Shown: positions 52,817-63,393 of the stretch, one piece after another | Layout of the letters: each line of letters opens with the position of its first letter | Numbering within the stretch: position 1 is the stretch's first letter | NCBI GenBank assembly: GCA_964356315.1 | Contig: CAYHHA010000006.1 | Span: 1-63,646, forward strand | DNA from: an uncultured Gammaproteobacteria bacterium | Lineage (GTDB): Bacteria > Patescibacteriota > Microgenomatia > UBA10105 > UBA927 | DNA: 63,646 nucleotides | Direction: 5' to 3' | Position numbers and translations under genes: made by a program | The notes under the pieces: generated by a model | What the model was told of the DNA's origin: nothing | The model's database searches: none | What the model saw: the letters and a program-made list of their open reading frames with translations, nothing else

Positions 52817-53958
52817 ACGTACCTCCTATTATATAGTGTTTCTACTATTTTTTTCATTTCAGTCGTAAATCTAGTTTTTGAGAATTTTCTGGCATTTTCT
52901 ACGCACAGGGCTCTATCATACCACGATGTTGTATAGGTACGAAGTGCTTCAACCAAACAGTCAACTGTTTGGTCAGCAAACAACACGCCTGTTTTCCCAT
53001 TTATTACAATTTCCGAGGCACCACTTTGTGCATATGCGATAACTGGTTTTCCTGCAGCTTGCGCTTCCACCAGAGATATTCCAAAGTCTTCATCCCCAGC
53101 AAATAAAAATGCTTCACACCCTGACAGCCACTCACGAAGCTCTTCATCATTTACCCGTTCTATAAAGGTCACTGTTTCTCCGGCTCTTTTTTTCAATTGA
53201 GATAGCTCAGCACCAGATCCGATGACAACAAGCGGTAGTCGTAGTTTCGTACAGGCATCCACAACAATATCAACTCGTTTATACCCGACCAAGCGAGATA
53301 CGATAAGAAAATATCCTTTTTTCTCAGATTCGACTTTTTCGGGCTTCTTTTCAAAATACTCCACGTCTACAGGAGGATAAATCACGGAAAGAACATCCCG
53401 CTTGTAATAGGTTTCAATTCGCTCCTTCACACGATTGGATATCGCTATGAAATAATCGGGTCGTTTAGAAGCTAAACTATCCAATTTTCTCAGTCTTCTA
53501 AACATCGCTGAAAGCCCTATTTTTGCCAGCCAAGGTGGTAATCCAATACGGGGATTTTTTTTATAGTCTTCAAAACCGCTCCAGAGATATCGTGTCGGCG
53601 TTAGGCAGTAACAAATATGGAGCGTATCAGGATTTGTAATGATGTTTTTGGCTTCTGCAGACGTTACAGACAAAACAACATCAAAAGTATCAAAAGAAAA
53701 TGATTCAAACGCCATGGGCATGATCCAAGCAAACCATTCATGGTGCGTACGAACAAATGGAATAGTCTGAAGAAACGATGGTCTGACATCAAATACATCA
53801 GCCCAAGAGGCGGTTTTTTTGTTATACACCGCTGTATACAAGGGGGCATCTGGCCAAATCTCGTGCAAGGCGAGAAGCACTCGCTCGGCCCCGCCAATTT
53901 TGTTTACGCGATCATACACGAGTGCAATACGGATTTTTTTAAAATTCTTTATTTGCAT
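52813..53958 (-). CDS. Glycosyltransferase, GT4-like (GT-B fold)
   Basis: C-terminal EDFGISLVEAQAAGKPVIA (EX7E-type motif). Confidence 0.8.
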   Translation of the reverse strand: MQIKNFKKIRIALVYDRVNKIGGAERVLLALHEIWPDAPLYTAVYNKKTASWADVFDVRPSFLQTIPFVRTHHEWFAWIMPMAFESFSFDTFDVVLSVTSAEAKNIITNPDTLHICYCLTPTRYLWSGFEDYKKNPRIGLPPWLAKIGLSAMFRRLRKLDSLASKRPDYFIAISNRVKERIETYYKRDVLSVIYPPVDVEYFEKKPEKVESEKKGYFLIVSRLVGYKRVDIVVDACTKLRLPLVVIGSGAELSQLKKRAGETVTFIERVNDEELREWLSGCEAFLFAGDEDFGISLVEAQAAGKPVIAYAQSGASEIVINGKTGVLFADQTVDCLVEALRTYTTSWYDRALCVENARKFSKTRFTTEMKKIVETLYNRRYV

Positions 53959-55061
53959 GAGGTATAGATATGACGAGTTTTTTTTGCCATGATCTGCCAG
54001 CTATACTGTGAAAGAAATGCTAAACGCTCCGACTGGGATTTCAAATCTTGTGGACCGTTTTGCAACAGCTCATTCATCGCTCTGGAAAGATTTTCTGACT
54101 TTGTTGAATCAACAAATCTCGCAAACCCTTTGAGTATTTCACGAAAAATCGGGATATCGGAAGCAATCACAGGACAATTATACAAAATTGCTTCAAGCGC
54201 AGGAAGGCCAAATCCCTCCATCCTTGATGGAAAAACGAGAGCGATCGAATGGGCATACAATTGGCCGAGCTCCTGATCCGAAATCCCATGCCGAAATTCT
54301 ACAGAATCATCCATTTCAAGAGACGTTACCAAAAGCGCTAGTCGTTCATAAAAGTAATCATCAGGGCCCACAAATACCAACTTCACTCTGGTATCAATTT
54401 TTGATCGAATTTGAGCAAACGCTTGAAGCAATACCTCAACATTTTTATGAGGATATACATTTCCAACATACAAAAAATATGGCTCTGTCAGTGGTCGTTT
54501 TTTTATGCTTTCATTTGAAGTCGTTAAAAACGAATCATCTATCCCCTCATATGTCACACTGATTTTTTTCTCATTCACCCAGAAATGATCTAAAATATCT
54601 TTTTTTACAGCATGAGATACCGCAAGAATTTGCTTCGCTCGAAGCATACTTATTGCGAGAATGATTCTATATCCAATTTTTCGAACGAAATATTTCCAGT
54701 ACGGAAGTGTGCTGGCTTTACCAGTATGTATGTGCAAAATCGTCAGATCATGAATGGTAACTACAAACTTGCCAGGGTAAAAAATCGGTGCAGTAAAATA
54801 TGGAATATGAACCAAGTCAACATGCGCTTTCCAAAAGATCCATGGCATAACAATCTGCTCTTTAAACGTATGCCAATGTACGTCAAGAGGCCGCTTCTCC
54901 CAACGTGAATTCGGCAGTACAAATTTCGGCAAATCATGTGGCAACAGAAACACTATATATCTGTTTTCTGTATCAAATACCGCCAGTTGAGAAATCAAAT
55001 TTCGGATATATCTCCCGACACCGGTTTCATTGATAAGCCGGGCATCAATCGCTATGTTCAT
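53949..55061 (-). CDS. Glycosyltransferase, GT4-like (GT-B fold)
   Basis: PSRMEGFGLPALEAILYNCPVIAS. Confidence 0.8.
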   Translation of the reverse strand: MNIAIDARLINETGVGRYIRNLISQLAVFDTENRYIVFLLPHDLPKFVLPNSRWEKRPLDVHWHTFKEQIVMPWIFWKAHVDLVHIPYFTAPIFYPGKFVVTIHDLTILHIHTGKASTLPYWKYFVRKIGYRIILAISMLRAKQILAVSHAVKKDILDHFWVNEKKISVTYEGIDDSFLTTSNESIKKRPLTEPYFLYVGNVYPHKNVEVLLQAFAQIRSKIDTRVKLVFVGPDDYFYERLALLVTSLEMDDSVEFRHGISDQELGQLYAHSIALVFPSRMEGFGLPALEAILYNCPVIASDIPIFREILKGFARFVDSTKSENLSRAMNELLQNGPQDLKSQSERLAFLSQYSWQIMAKKTRHIYTSCK

Positions 55062-55063
55062 AG

Positions 55064-55948
55064 TTAGAGAGAAAAGGTTTTTAACAAAAAAAGTCGGAGT
55101 GAATACGCAATGTGGACAAGCCCTGTCACAATGGGACCATACACGCCAGCATAATGTTTTTTATAGAAGAGCCAATTGTACTGATGAAAATAGATCTCCG
55201 TAGTAACCCGGCGTTTCCGAAGTACGTTTGCCCGTCCACTTTGTTTTTTCTTGTGCAGTGTCGTTACGTCTGGCACATACCATATATTCCATCCTTTTTT
55301 TCGAATACGATACGCCCAGTCGATATCCTCAGCATACATAAAATAGTCTTCATCCAATAATCCAATATCATCGATCACCTCTTTCCGGACGATAAAAAAC
55401 GCACCACTGATACAGTCAACGGTATGGGCAACAGAAAAATCTTTATATCCCTGATGATACTCTCCAAATAGCGTACTCTTCGGAAACAGTGCTTCAAGCT
55501 TCATGAGATAGGTCAAAGCCACCCAAGGGGTTGGAAATCCCCTGTGGCAAGCGGGATCTATAGTCCCATCAGGCAGAATCAGTTTACATGTCCCCGCTCC
55601 TGCATCCGTATGAGAATCCATAAATTGCACCATATGAGAAAACGCATTCGGAGACACTTCTGTGTCAGAGTTAAGAAGCAGTATATACCTGCCGTTTGCA
55701 ACCCTAATACCAGGATTGTTTCCCGCCGCAAATCCGACATTTTTTCCATTTTGAATAAATCGTACTTCCTTAAATTCTTTTTGGACCATGACATCGGTAC
55801 TGTCGGAGGAAGCATTATCACATACAATCACCTCCATGCTGATACCATCCAACAGGGAAGAGAATACACGTTTCAGACAAACACGCGTCAGATCAACGGT
55901 ATTATAATTTAATATTATGACGCTCAAATCAATCATTTTTTTCTTCAT
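55064..55948 (-). CDS. Glycosyltransferase family 2
   Basis: SVIILNYNT, CDNASSD and the LLNSDT / YAEDIDW motifs. ATGA overlap with the upstream gene at 55945-55948. Confidence 0.85.
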   Translation of the reverse strand: MKKKMIDLSVIILNYNTVDLTRVCLKRVFSSLLDGISMEVIVCDNASSDSTDVMVQKEFKEVRFIQNGKNVGFAAGNNPGIRVANGRYILLLNSDTEVSPNAFSHMVQFMDSHTDAGAGTCKLILPDGTIDPACHRGFPTPWVALTYLMKLEALFPKSTLFGEYHQGYKDFSVAHTVDCISGAFFIVRKEVIDDIGLLDEDYFMYAEDIDWAYRIRKKGWNIWYVPDVTTLHKKKQSGRANVLRKRRVTTEIYFHQYNWLFYKKHYAGVYGPIVTGLVHIAYSLRLFLLKTFSL

Positions 55949-57120
55949 ACAGATTTCCATGTCGATTCCTGAAGCTTAGCGATGCCTTCCCAAGAATAAT
56001 ATTTTTCTATTCGTTCACGAGACGATTTCACCATGACGCTTCGGACAGCATCATTTGAAAGACTCTCAATACAGTGTAAAACAGCCGGAGCAGTATCAGC
56101 AATACACAGCTCTTTTTTATTGACTACACCCAAGCCAGATGCACCAAGTGTAGATGTTATCACAGGAAGACCATGAGCCATAGCTTCTAATATTTTATAT
56201 CGTGTCCCACCCCCAATGCGAATCGGCGCCAAAAGGATGTCTGCAGTTCTATAAGCGTCTCGTATATCATCAACCGAGTCCACCACATGAATCGACTCGT
56301 CGCAATACTGTTTCAATCGCTTTGGAAAATGCTTTCCAACAATCATAAACGTTGCTCCTGGATATTTTTGTCGCACACTTCCCCAAATAGTGGTTAAAAT
56401 AAATTCAATAGCATCAGAATTCTGCATCCACGCAAAATTTCCCACATAGAGAAATCGCAACGATGTTGTTTCCATAGTTTTTTTTGGAGAAAAAGTAAAA
56501 TAATTGATGTCCACACCGTTGGGGACGACCGTAACGTTTTTTTGCGTTGAATGCTGCCGGACATACGTGGCATCTTCCTCTGATACGGCATTTACCGCAG
56601 ACACAGTATTCCAAATTGTTTTTTCCCATCGTTTCATTTTCTCTACATCCCATTGAAATATTTTTTTAAGGAGAAAAAATGATTGCTTCTGCGCGTACCC
56701 TTCATACACACAGTGTTCAATATTATGTTCGGAAACGACGATCGGGATTGATGTCTTCGGGATGGATGCAAAAACATACCCAGGCTCTAAATGGATACAA
56801 TCAAATTTTTGCAGAGAGAGTTCTTGTTCCAGCTGACTCTTGAGCTCCCTATTCTCATACGTCGCATAGAGCAGTGACCACGAACTGGTAAGTGCGCGAA
56901 ATACATATGGTATCTGCCACGCTCTCCCGCGATAAATAGGTACCACTTTTGCACAAAAATTAAGACTAGCGAGATATGCTTTTTCTTCTTCGTTTCTGAT
57001 AAATGCATACAGCGTTACCGCATGATCCTTCGATAATCTCTTCAATAAATTATAAATCCGTACTTGTCCCCCAGAATGAAGTGGATACGGCAACACAGCA
57101 GAAATAAATAAAATGTTCAT
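55945..57120 (-). CDS. Glycosyltransferase, GT4-like (GT-B fold)
   Basis: GGGTRYKILEAMAHGLPVITS. Confidence 0.8.
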   Translation of the reverse strand: MNILFISAVLPYPLHSGGQVRIYNLLKRLSKDHAVTLYAFIRNEEEKAYLASLNFCAKVVPIYRGRAWQIPYVFRALTSSWSLLYATYENRELKSQLEQELSLQKFDCIHLEPGYVFASIPKTSIPIVVSEHNIEHCVYEGYAQKQSFFLLKKIFQWDVEKMKRWEKTIWNTVSAVNAVSEEDATYVRQHSTQKNVTVVPNGVDINYFTFSPKKTMETTSLRFLYVGNFAWMQNSDAIEFILTTIWGSVRQKYPGATFMIVGKHFPKRLKQYCDESIHVVDSVDDIRDAYRTADILLAPIRIGGGTRYKILEAMAHGLPVITSTLGASGLGVVNKKELCIADTAPAVLHCIESLSNDAVRSVMVKSSRERIEKYYSWEGIAKLQESTWKSV

Positions 57121-57208
57121 ACTAGAATATTAGTTTGGATATAAGATTATGGATATTGGATCACTAACGTTAATACTCAGCAATTAGCTATCCTAATCTA
57201 GTATCAGT

Positions 57209-57306
57209 GATCAAAAATCCAAGATCCACAATCCACCATCCACGATCCACGCTCCAAAATCCAAGATCCACGATCCACGATACACGATACACGATCCATG
57301 ATCCAA
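57209..57306. repeat. Intergenic microsatellite tract (7/8-nt GATCCAC-type units)
   Basis: 57265-57306 is six head-to-tail heptamers (GATCCAC x2, GATACAC x2, GATCCAT, GATCCAA). Upstream are looser AATCCAAGATCCAC units. The tract abuts the stop codon at 57309. Confidence 0.85.
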
Positions 57307-57308
57307 TG

Positions 57309-58757
57309 TTAACGTTTCTTCCTCAAATCAATAATCGCGTACCGTTCATTTCGTACAAGCACCGTATACATATTTGCCAGATCTCGGGTTTCCAGATCTG
57401 CATCACTTGGGGATATAGTCACGTAATGTGTCGCGCCTTGCTCGATTTTTTTATCGATATCAAACCCGAGTGGCCATCCAGCGCGATTTGTTTGGTACAA
57501 AAACGTTGTATCTCCGTTGTATGGCGCGATGACTTTTGCATCTTTCGGCAAGAGCAAATCTGCGCTTTTTCCTACGTCTACAATCTCCTGATGATTGATC
57601 CAAAAATACGTTCGAATCGTAAACCAAGAAAATGCCCACATAAATAGGACACTTACAAAAACAAGTGATAATGATCCAATTTTTGACAATCCCTTCGGGG
57701 AAAAGCACAAAAAGGCAACACCCTTTGCGAGAAACCAAATAATTACTGGGATAAGCAGCGCCTGATAATAATCATGTTGAACATTACCGCCCGCAAAAAT
57801 TGTCAGATATAACAGACTTCCAAATATCCATAAAAGAGAAAATATCTGCTCAGCCTTCTGTTTGCTCGCGATAAGCCCGATGCCAAACGGGATCAGTCCC
57901 CAAAATCCTAAAATCAACTCCCCTATTCGTTTTGCGAAAATCCAATGAAACCACGCCCCCTTGAAGCGAATATCTCCCTTGTTATATAGCCAATCAGACA
58001 CGGCAATACCTTCTGGATATTGCAAAATCCACTGTCTCCAAAAAAATAGAGGGATGCAGACAAGAGATCCATATAAGGCGAACGAAAATATTTTTTGTTT
58101 TACGGAACCAAACCTGCCAAGCAGATATATAGCTGGGACGAGTAAAAAAACTGCCATCGGACGAACTAAAACACTTATTCCTCCAGACAGTCCAGAGATC
58201 GCAATCCATATCATCCAATACCGGGATGTTGATAGTCTGGTGAGAGCGACAAGACTTAACAGCACCCAAAAAACCGCAAAAGAATCAGGCAATATCGTAC
58301 GACCATAATACATGCTAAATGGCAATATTGCGTAAAGCACCATGCCAATGTACGCAGTTTTTTCATCTATAAACGTTCTAAGTAACCATCCTAGTAACAC
58401 GACACTGAAAGCGACAGATACTATGCTCACCAAGCGAAGCATGAATTCTAAAGAAGTTGTTGGAAATATCTTCCAAATAGCCACAGATACCGCCTGATAC
58501 AATGGCATCTCAACCATCCGCCATCCCTGTGGGTTATCTTTGCCGGACTGAATATTTGACAGATCATCATACCGAGGATGAAGGATATCTATCGAATCAT
58601 AGCGTACAAAATTTCTCGCAACCGCTGCGGTATCCACCTGCCTCCAGCTATGCCAATCTGCAACGGGAGCGTTAATAGCTTTCAAACGAACGAGAATAGT
58701 AAGTAGCATGCAGAACAATGCTACAATCACAAACCAACGATTCACTGAGTCCTCCAA
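57309..58757 (-). CDS. GT-C fold membrane glycosyltransferase (ArnT/PMT_2-like)
   Basis: Polytopic membrane protein with an N-terminal loop HSWRQVDTAAVARNF, typical of bacterial PMT/ArnT-like enzymes. Confidence 0.7.
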   Translation of the reverse strand: MEDSVNRWFVIVALFCMLLTILVRLKAINAPVADWHSWRQVDTAAVARNFVRYDSIDILHPRYDDLSNIQSGKDNPQGWRMVEMPLYQAVSVAIWKIFPTTSLEFMLRLVSIVSVAFSVVLLGWLLRTFIDEKTAYIGMVLYAILPFSMYYGRTILPDSFAVFWVLLSLVALTRLSTSRYWMIWIAISGLSGGISVLVRPMAVFLLVPAIYLLGRFGSVKQKIFSFALYGSLVCIPLFFWRQWILQYPEGIAVSDWLYNKGDIRFKGAWFHWIFAKRIGELILGFWGLIPFGIGLIASKQKAEQIFSLLWIFGSLLYLTIFAGGNVQHDYYQALLIPVIIWFLAKGVAFLCFSPKGLSKIGSLSLVFVSVLFMWAFSWFTIRTYFWINHQEIVDVGKSADLLLPKDAKVIAPYNGDTTFLYQTNRAGWPLGFDIDKKIEQGATHYVTISPSDADLETRDLANMYTVLVRNERYAIIDLRKKR

Positions 58758-61700
58758 TCTTTATACTTCTGAATCAGATGACCCGTTGCATCAAATTCGA
58801 AAACCCGTTGAGTTTTTGAACCGTATTGGATCTGATTGAGGGCAGACTCTGTTGATTGGTCATAAAAAATCCGAATAGCATCATTTTTTGTCACAAACCA
58901 CATCATGTCGGAAAACCCTACAGGATATACCCATGCATATCCGTTTTTAATGGGAAGATTGACAATATGAAATTCCATAGGAAGCACTGACCACTCTGCT
59001 TCGTATGCTGCGTTTAGCGAGATGATTGAGCGACGAATTTTTTCTCCAGATTCTTGCCAATTATCCAGCATTTTACTGCGTTGGACCATCTGAAACAAAA
59101 GGAACATCGAAAAAAGTACGACAGTGGCATACCGCGCAGTATCTTCTCCGTTTACCAGGAGGTAGTCATACAGTTTACCAGCAAACAGGACCAAAAGTAT
59201 TACCATGCCAATGGTAGCCATGTATCCATACCGAAGTGCTATATTTCCGAGCCCAACAAATGGCAATAACGCGATGACAAAGAACGCGGAGCCAAACAAC
59301 AACACTTGTTTATCTTCGTGACTCCAAATAGAAATCAACGACCATATGAAACGATAGGCAACGCACACACTAAGCAGACCCAATAACAAACTTACCAAAA
59401 GATGAGGCTTTAACAACGTCCGAAGAGATCCTACCAAGCCCATCGCTTGCGGTCCACCGAGAATCGCGGCAACATATCCCACACTGTTTCCAAGTATATT
59501 AAGAGGAAGCTTTACCAAATTATAACTATAATCTCCGTTAAACCAGTGACTACCGGCGCCATATCGTGCTAAAAGATATACGGGAATAGGAAGTAGCAGA
59601 TAAAACAATTTCTTTTGTTTTATAAATGAACCTAAATTCTCTTCAGATTGGAACAAAAAGATATACGCAAGAGAGATAAGAGGCGACACGATACCCAACT
59701 CATGAAACGTAGTGGCGCAAATAGTAGCCACAATCGACCCTACCAAAAACACTCGATGACCGTCTTTGTACCATCGGATTGTCGAAAAAAGCCCGAGGAG
59801 AGTAAAAAATGTTGTAAACAAAAATCCAACCGCAGAAATCCACACCACAGCCTCAGAATACCCAGCAATAATTACAAAGACCATAGCTCCGAAGAGAGCT
59901 TTCGCGCCGTTTCGAAATATACTACGAAGAAGGAAATACACAAGCAGAGCATTAATAAGGTGCAACAAAAGTGACACTAAGTGATACGAAGATTGATTTA
60001 ACCATGCAGTCGATTGCATAAGAAGAAAGTATGTCTTTGCGCCTGGTCGGTAGAAAAATCCATCTGCCTGGGTAAAATACCTTCCAATCTCAGAAAGAGA
60101 AAATGAACACCGACCAATATCAGAAGGCGTTGCGCAACGAGAGGCCCAATGAAGCCAGGTAAAATCGTCACCGTGAAAATAGTACGTGGTAACCACTCCG
60201 TATAATGTGTATCCCACTAGGAGAATTGTTATCATCCCGACAATCGGATGAGACAGCACGTTCATGAATTCTTTCTTTACCGCTATACGTGATTCAGAAT
60301 TCATCTTCATCCCACCAAGAGCGATTCCAACCAAAAGCCACAAAGAAAAAGCAACTTTAGATGCTTCAAACACATCGATAAATATGGCGTTTATACAAAG
60401 TCCGACAATTCCTGCTATCACCCCCACAACCAAACTTTTCAGAAGTGGTGCATCGGAATACGATCTAAACTGCTTTGCAACCACGACCCCAAACATCACA
60501 AAAATTCCAAAAAAAGCGAGCGTCCCAAAGACGCCAACCTCAGCAAGCATTCGCAAATAGCTATTATCGACAGCCAAGCTGACAGATCCATATCCGCTCC
60601 CCAAAAATATATTCCGCTTAAAAGCCAAAAGAGCATGCGGCCATTCACCCTGGAACCGTGTGGTATACGAAAGATCATACGCCAGAGATTTTTTTATCAG
60701 AAACGGACCGTTAATTACCTGGACTTCTGTGGATTTTGATTGATCTTTCTTTATGATTTCGTAGTAAAAATTATTGAGACTCTTTGAGATTGGTGAAAGG
60801 GGTAAATTTACATACCCTGTCCCCTGAGGCAAATCTTCTCCGGTTGACACAATGGAAGACGCCATAAGCGGCACACGTGCAGGAAGCATAGTATAAGGGA
60901 TAACAATGCCTGAGATAGACGCGACAGGCGAATTGGGATCCATGCTTTCATGACGGATCACGTAGTCGTGAGGACTATTAAAATTCTGTTGCCGAACAGT
61001 CTTTTCTGCAAAATAGGTATTTGGCACCATGGTCACTTTTCCAATAGGATTACCGGTTTTAGCATCAACCAAGATGTCTACTGGCGCGAGAGTACTGGCA
61101 TACCTGGCAAGTAAATTTGGAGAGACATACAATGCCCCAGCTGCGACAATTAGGACGATCGGCAGTACATATAAAATGAGTCGTTTGGTATAAAAAATCA
61201 ATACAATTGCCGAAGCGACTATAAATGCAATCAGAGAAATTCGAGATACCGTTAGATATAAAACGAACACACCCAACGCAACAACTCCCAAAACCACGGG
61301 AATCAACATCTTCGTAATCCCTCCAAACATCATGCTTATGAGTATTGGCAACACCAATACGAGATATGCCGCCAAATCATAATGCCCACCGAATGTTGAC
61401 GGAATTCGAGAAAGCTTTGAGAGCGTCAACGGAATCCCTTTTGCGAATTCCTCATTCATAGTCAAAAACGCAGGAAATCCCGCATACCGCTGTCCAAGTC
61501 CATACAAACTTATACACAGAACTGTGACAAGAAGTACGTACAGCACAATCGCGACTTGTTTTTTATCTCGCACCCCCCAGTAGGAAATAAAAAATACACT
61601 CATGTATTCTATTCGGCGGATATAGGAAAACAAGGCAACATTTGGAAATACATTGGAAATTGTCGGGAAAATAAGAAGTACCCCGTGCACGGTTGCAATC

Positions 61701-61987
61701 CCACCAATCATCCAGAATAAAAATAGAGAAACAGAGAGAGGAGTATTCAAAGATACCCGCCTCTTTCCCATGAGATAGAGCCAGACACATAAGGATCCAA
61801 GAACTAAAAAATCTTCAATGCGTATATAGACCCAGGTGTTTTGGATATTGAAAAGTGGTAACTTCGGGTACAACGGGACAAACGCCATCAAAAGAAGCGT
61901 TGCTATGAACAATACGTTTTCTTTACACCAGTTTATAAGCTTCGACATAGGTCTTTTTAAGATAGTCACTTCCAACGAGATATCCAA
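58742..61987 (-). CDS. Large polytopic membrane protein: O-antigen ligase/polymerase (Wzy_C-like) N-terminal half fused to a second GT-C-like membrane domain and a soluble tail
   Basis: GSGYGSVSLAVDNSYLRMLAEVGVFG matches the Wzy_C/O-antigen-ligase loop. More than 20 hydrophobic segments; 1081 aa. An alternative start lies at 61948. Confidence 0.6.
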   Translation of the reverse strand: MDISLEVTILKRPMSKLINWCKENVLFIATLLLMAFVPLYPKLPLFNIQNTWVYIRIEDFLVLGSLCVWLYLMGKRRVSLNTPLSVSLFLFWMIGGIATVHGVLLIFPTISNVFPNVALFSYIRRIEYMSVFFISYWGVRDKKQVAIVLYVLLVTVLCISLYGLGQRYAGFPAFLTMNEEFAKGIPLTLSKLSRIPSTFGGHYDLAAYLVLVLPILISMMFGGITKMLIPVVLGVVALGVFVLYLTVSRISLIAFIVASAIVLIFYTKRLILYVLPIVLIVAAGALYVSPNLLARYASTLAPVDILVDAKTGNPIGKVTMVPNTYFAEKTVRQQNFNSPHDYVIRHESMDPNSPVASISGIVIPYTMLPARVPLMASSIVSTGEDLPQGTGYVNLPLSPISKSLNNFYYEIIKKDQSKSTEVQVINGPFLIKKSLAYDLSYTTRFQGEWPHALLAFKRNIFLGSGYGSVSLAVDNSYLRMLAEVGVFGTLAFFGIFVMFGVVVAKQFRSYSDAPLLKSLVVGVIAGIVGLCINAIFIDVFEASKVAFSLWLLVGIALGGMKMNSESRIAVKKEFMNVLSHPIVGMITILLVGYTLYGVVTTYYFHGDDFTWLHWASRCATPSDIGRCSFSLSEIGRYFTQADGFFYRPGAKTYFLLMQSTAWLNQSSYHLVSLLLHLINALLVYFLLRSIFRNGAKALFGAMVFVIIAGYSEAVVWISAVGFLFTTFFTLLGLFSTIRWYKDGHRVFLVGSIVATICATTFHELGIVSPLISLAYIFLFQSEENLGSFIKQKKLFYLLLPIPVYLLARYGAGSHWFNGDYSYNLVKLPLNILGNSVGYVAAILGGPQAMGLVGSLRTLLKPHLLVSLLLGLLSVCVAYRFIWSLISIWSHEDKQVLLFGSAFFVIALLPFVGLGNIALRYGYMATIGMVILLVLFAGKLYDYLLVNGEDTARYATVVLFSMFLLFQMVQRSKMLDNWQESGEKIRRSIISLNAAYEAEWSVLPMEFHIVNLPIKNGYAWVYPVGFSDMMWFVTKNDAIRIFYDQSTESALNQIQYGSKTQRVFEFDATGHLIQKYKDWRTQ

Positions 61988-62789
61988 TTATGACAGAAAT
62001 GAGCGCTTTTGCACGCAGAAAAAGCTTCAACAACATCATAGAAGATGGAGAATAGTGTTTCGCGTATACGTACAGTAGTCCTTTATAAATATTTAATACT
62101 GGGCCTGTTCGTTTGTTTTTAGAGCTACCACCACCAATATGGATAATCCGTGATTCATGGTAGAAATAGGTATTATGACCTTTTGCCTTTGCCCGCATAA
62201 ATAGATCCACTTCTTCCATATACATAAAAATCTTTTCATCAAACAGTAGATCATCCATGAACACTGATTTTTTCCCGACAAAACATGCGCCACTGACCCA
62301 ATCAACCATTTTCGTCTCATCTGGAGACCAACGGATAAGCCCATTGACATCCCCTTTTAAAAATAACGAGGCAAACACAACAGGGAGCGAAAAAAAGTAT
62401 CCACAGGATGTCTGCGCAGAGGAATCTGGATTGAGTAGTTTTGGCCCAATAAAATCATTCGGATGTTGTTTGGCAAACGTCACTAATTTCGAAAGCGCAT
62501 CTACCCCTACGACAGTGTCAGAGTTAATTAGGATGATATATTCCCCTTTTGCTTTTTTTATCCCTTGATTATTTGCTCTACCAAATCCGACATTTTCGGA
62601 ATTCAATATCGTAACAACGTTTGGATATTTTTTTTTGAGCATTCCCCGTGTGCCGTCTGTGGATACATTGTCAACAACGATGATCTCATAGGAGATCTTT
62701 GACGGAACAAACGAAGTGATAATGGATGCCAAACAATCGTCAAGAATTTTTTCGGTATTATAGCTAACGATGATAAGTGAGACATCCAT
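61923..62789 (-). CDS. Glycosyltransferase family 2
   Basis: VSLIIVSYNT, VDNVSTDGT, LINSDT and MEEVDL. Confidence 0.85.
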   Translation of the reverse strand: MDVSLIIVSYNTEKILDDCLASIITSFVPSKISYEIIVVDNVSTDGTRGMLKKKYPNVVTILNSENVGFGRANNQGIKKAKGEYIILINSDTVVGVDALSKLVTFAKQHPNDFIGPKLLNPDSSAQTSCGYFFSLPVVFASLFLKGDVNGLIRWSPDETKMVDWVSGACFVGKKSVFMDDLLFDEKIFMYMEEVDLFMRAKAKGHNTYFYHESRIIHIGGGSSKNKRTGPVLNIYKGLLYVYAKHYSPSSMMLLKLFLRAKALISVIIGYLVGSDYLKKTYVEAYKLV

Positions 62790-62795
62790 GATTGA

Positions 62796-63359
62796 TTATT
62801 GAAATAATCGGGCGAACTTTAACGTGTAGCGCAATTCTTTATTTCTATTTTTTATAAATACTGCTGGCACACCCCCAACCACGGCATAAGGAGGGACACT
62901 TTTTGTCACAACCGCTCCAGAAGCAACGACGGCCCCTTCACCTATCGTAACTCCTGGCAATATCGTCACGCGACTTCCGATAACTACATAGTCCTCTATG
63001 ATAACAGGGGCTCCAGTTTCAGAAAAATCTGAACTGTCGACATCATGCTCCATGGTATAGATTCGCACTTCACCGGCGATAGAAACGTTATTTCCAATCA
63101 TTAGGGGACATCCATGTTCTTTGCGATATTTTAAAAACTCCTTCGCACGACCGTCGAGAAAGGCGTCATTACCGATGATGGTATTGTGTCCAATAGACAC
63201 TCCAGCAGGCTGATTAAACTGCGCTCTCCAGTGAATAGAACTATCTCTCCCGATGGTTACTCGAAAAAGAGTTCGATACAAAAATAGTCGGATCATGTGA
63301 CTCGGAATAAATCCGGTCAATGTTGCCAAATATACCCAAAAATCAATTAGCATTCTCAT
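62796..63359 (-). CDS. Hexapeptide-repeat O-acetyltransferase (WbbJ/MAT-like)
   Basis: Left-handed beta-helix repeats ([50 protein letters not shown]). Start set at MRMLIDFW (63359). The extension to 63410 runs into the repeat tract. Confidence 0.8.
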   Translation of the reverse strand: MRMLIDFWVYLATLTGFIPSHMIRLFLYRTLFRVTIGRDSSIHWRAQFNQPAGVSIGHNTIIGNDAFLDGRAKEFLKYRKEHGCPLMIGNNVSIAGEVRIYTMEHDVDSSDFSETGAPVIIEDYVVIGSRVTILPGVTIGEGAVVASGAVVTKSVPPYAVVGGVPAVFIKNRNKELRYTLKFARLFQ

Positions 63360-63393
63360 AATTTTGATATTTGATCTTAGATTTTGGATATAT

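Noticed and set aside
57207-57647. 146-aa + strand ORF (IHHPRSTLQNPRSTIHD...)
   Set aside because: Its N-terminus is the translation of the microsatellite. The rest is antisense to the well-supported GT-C gene 57309..58757.
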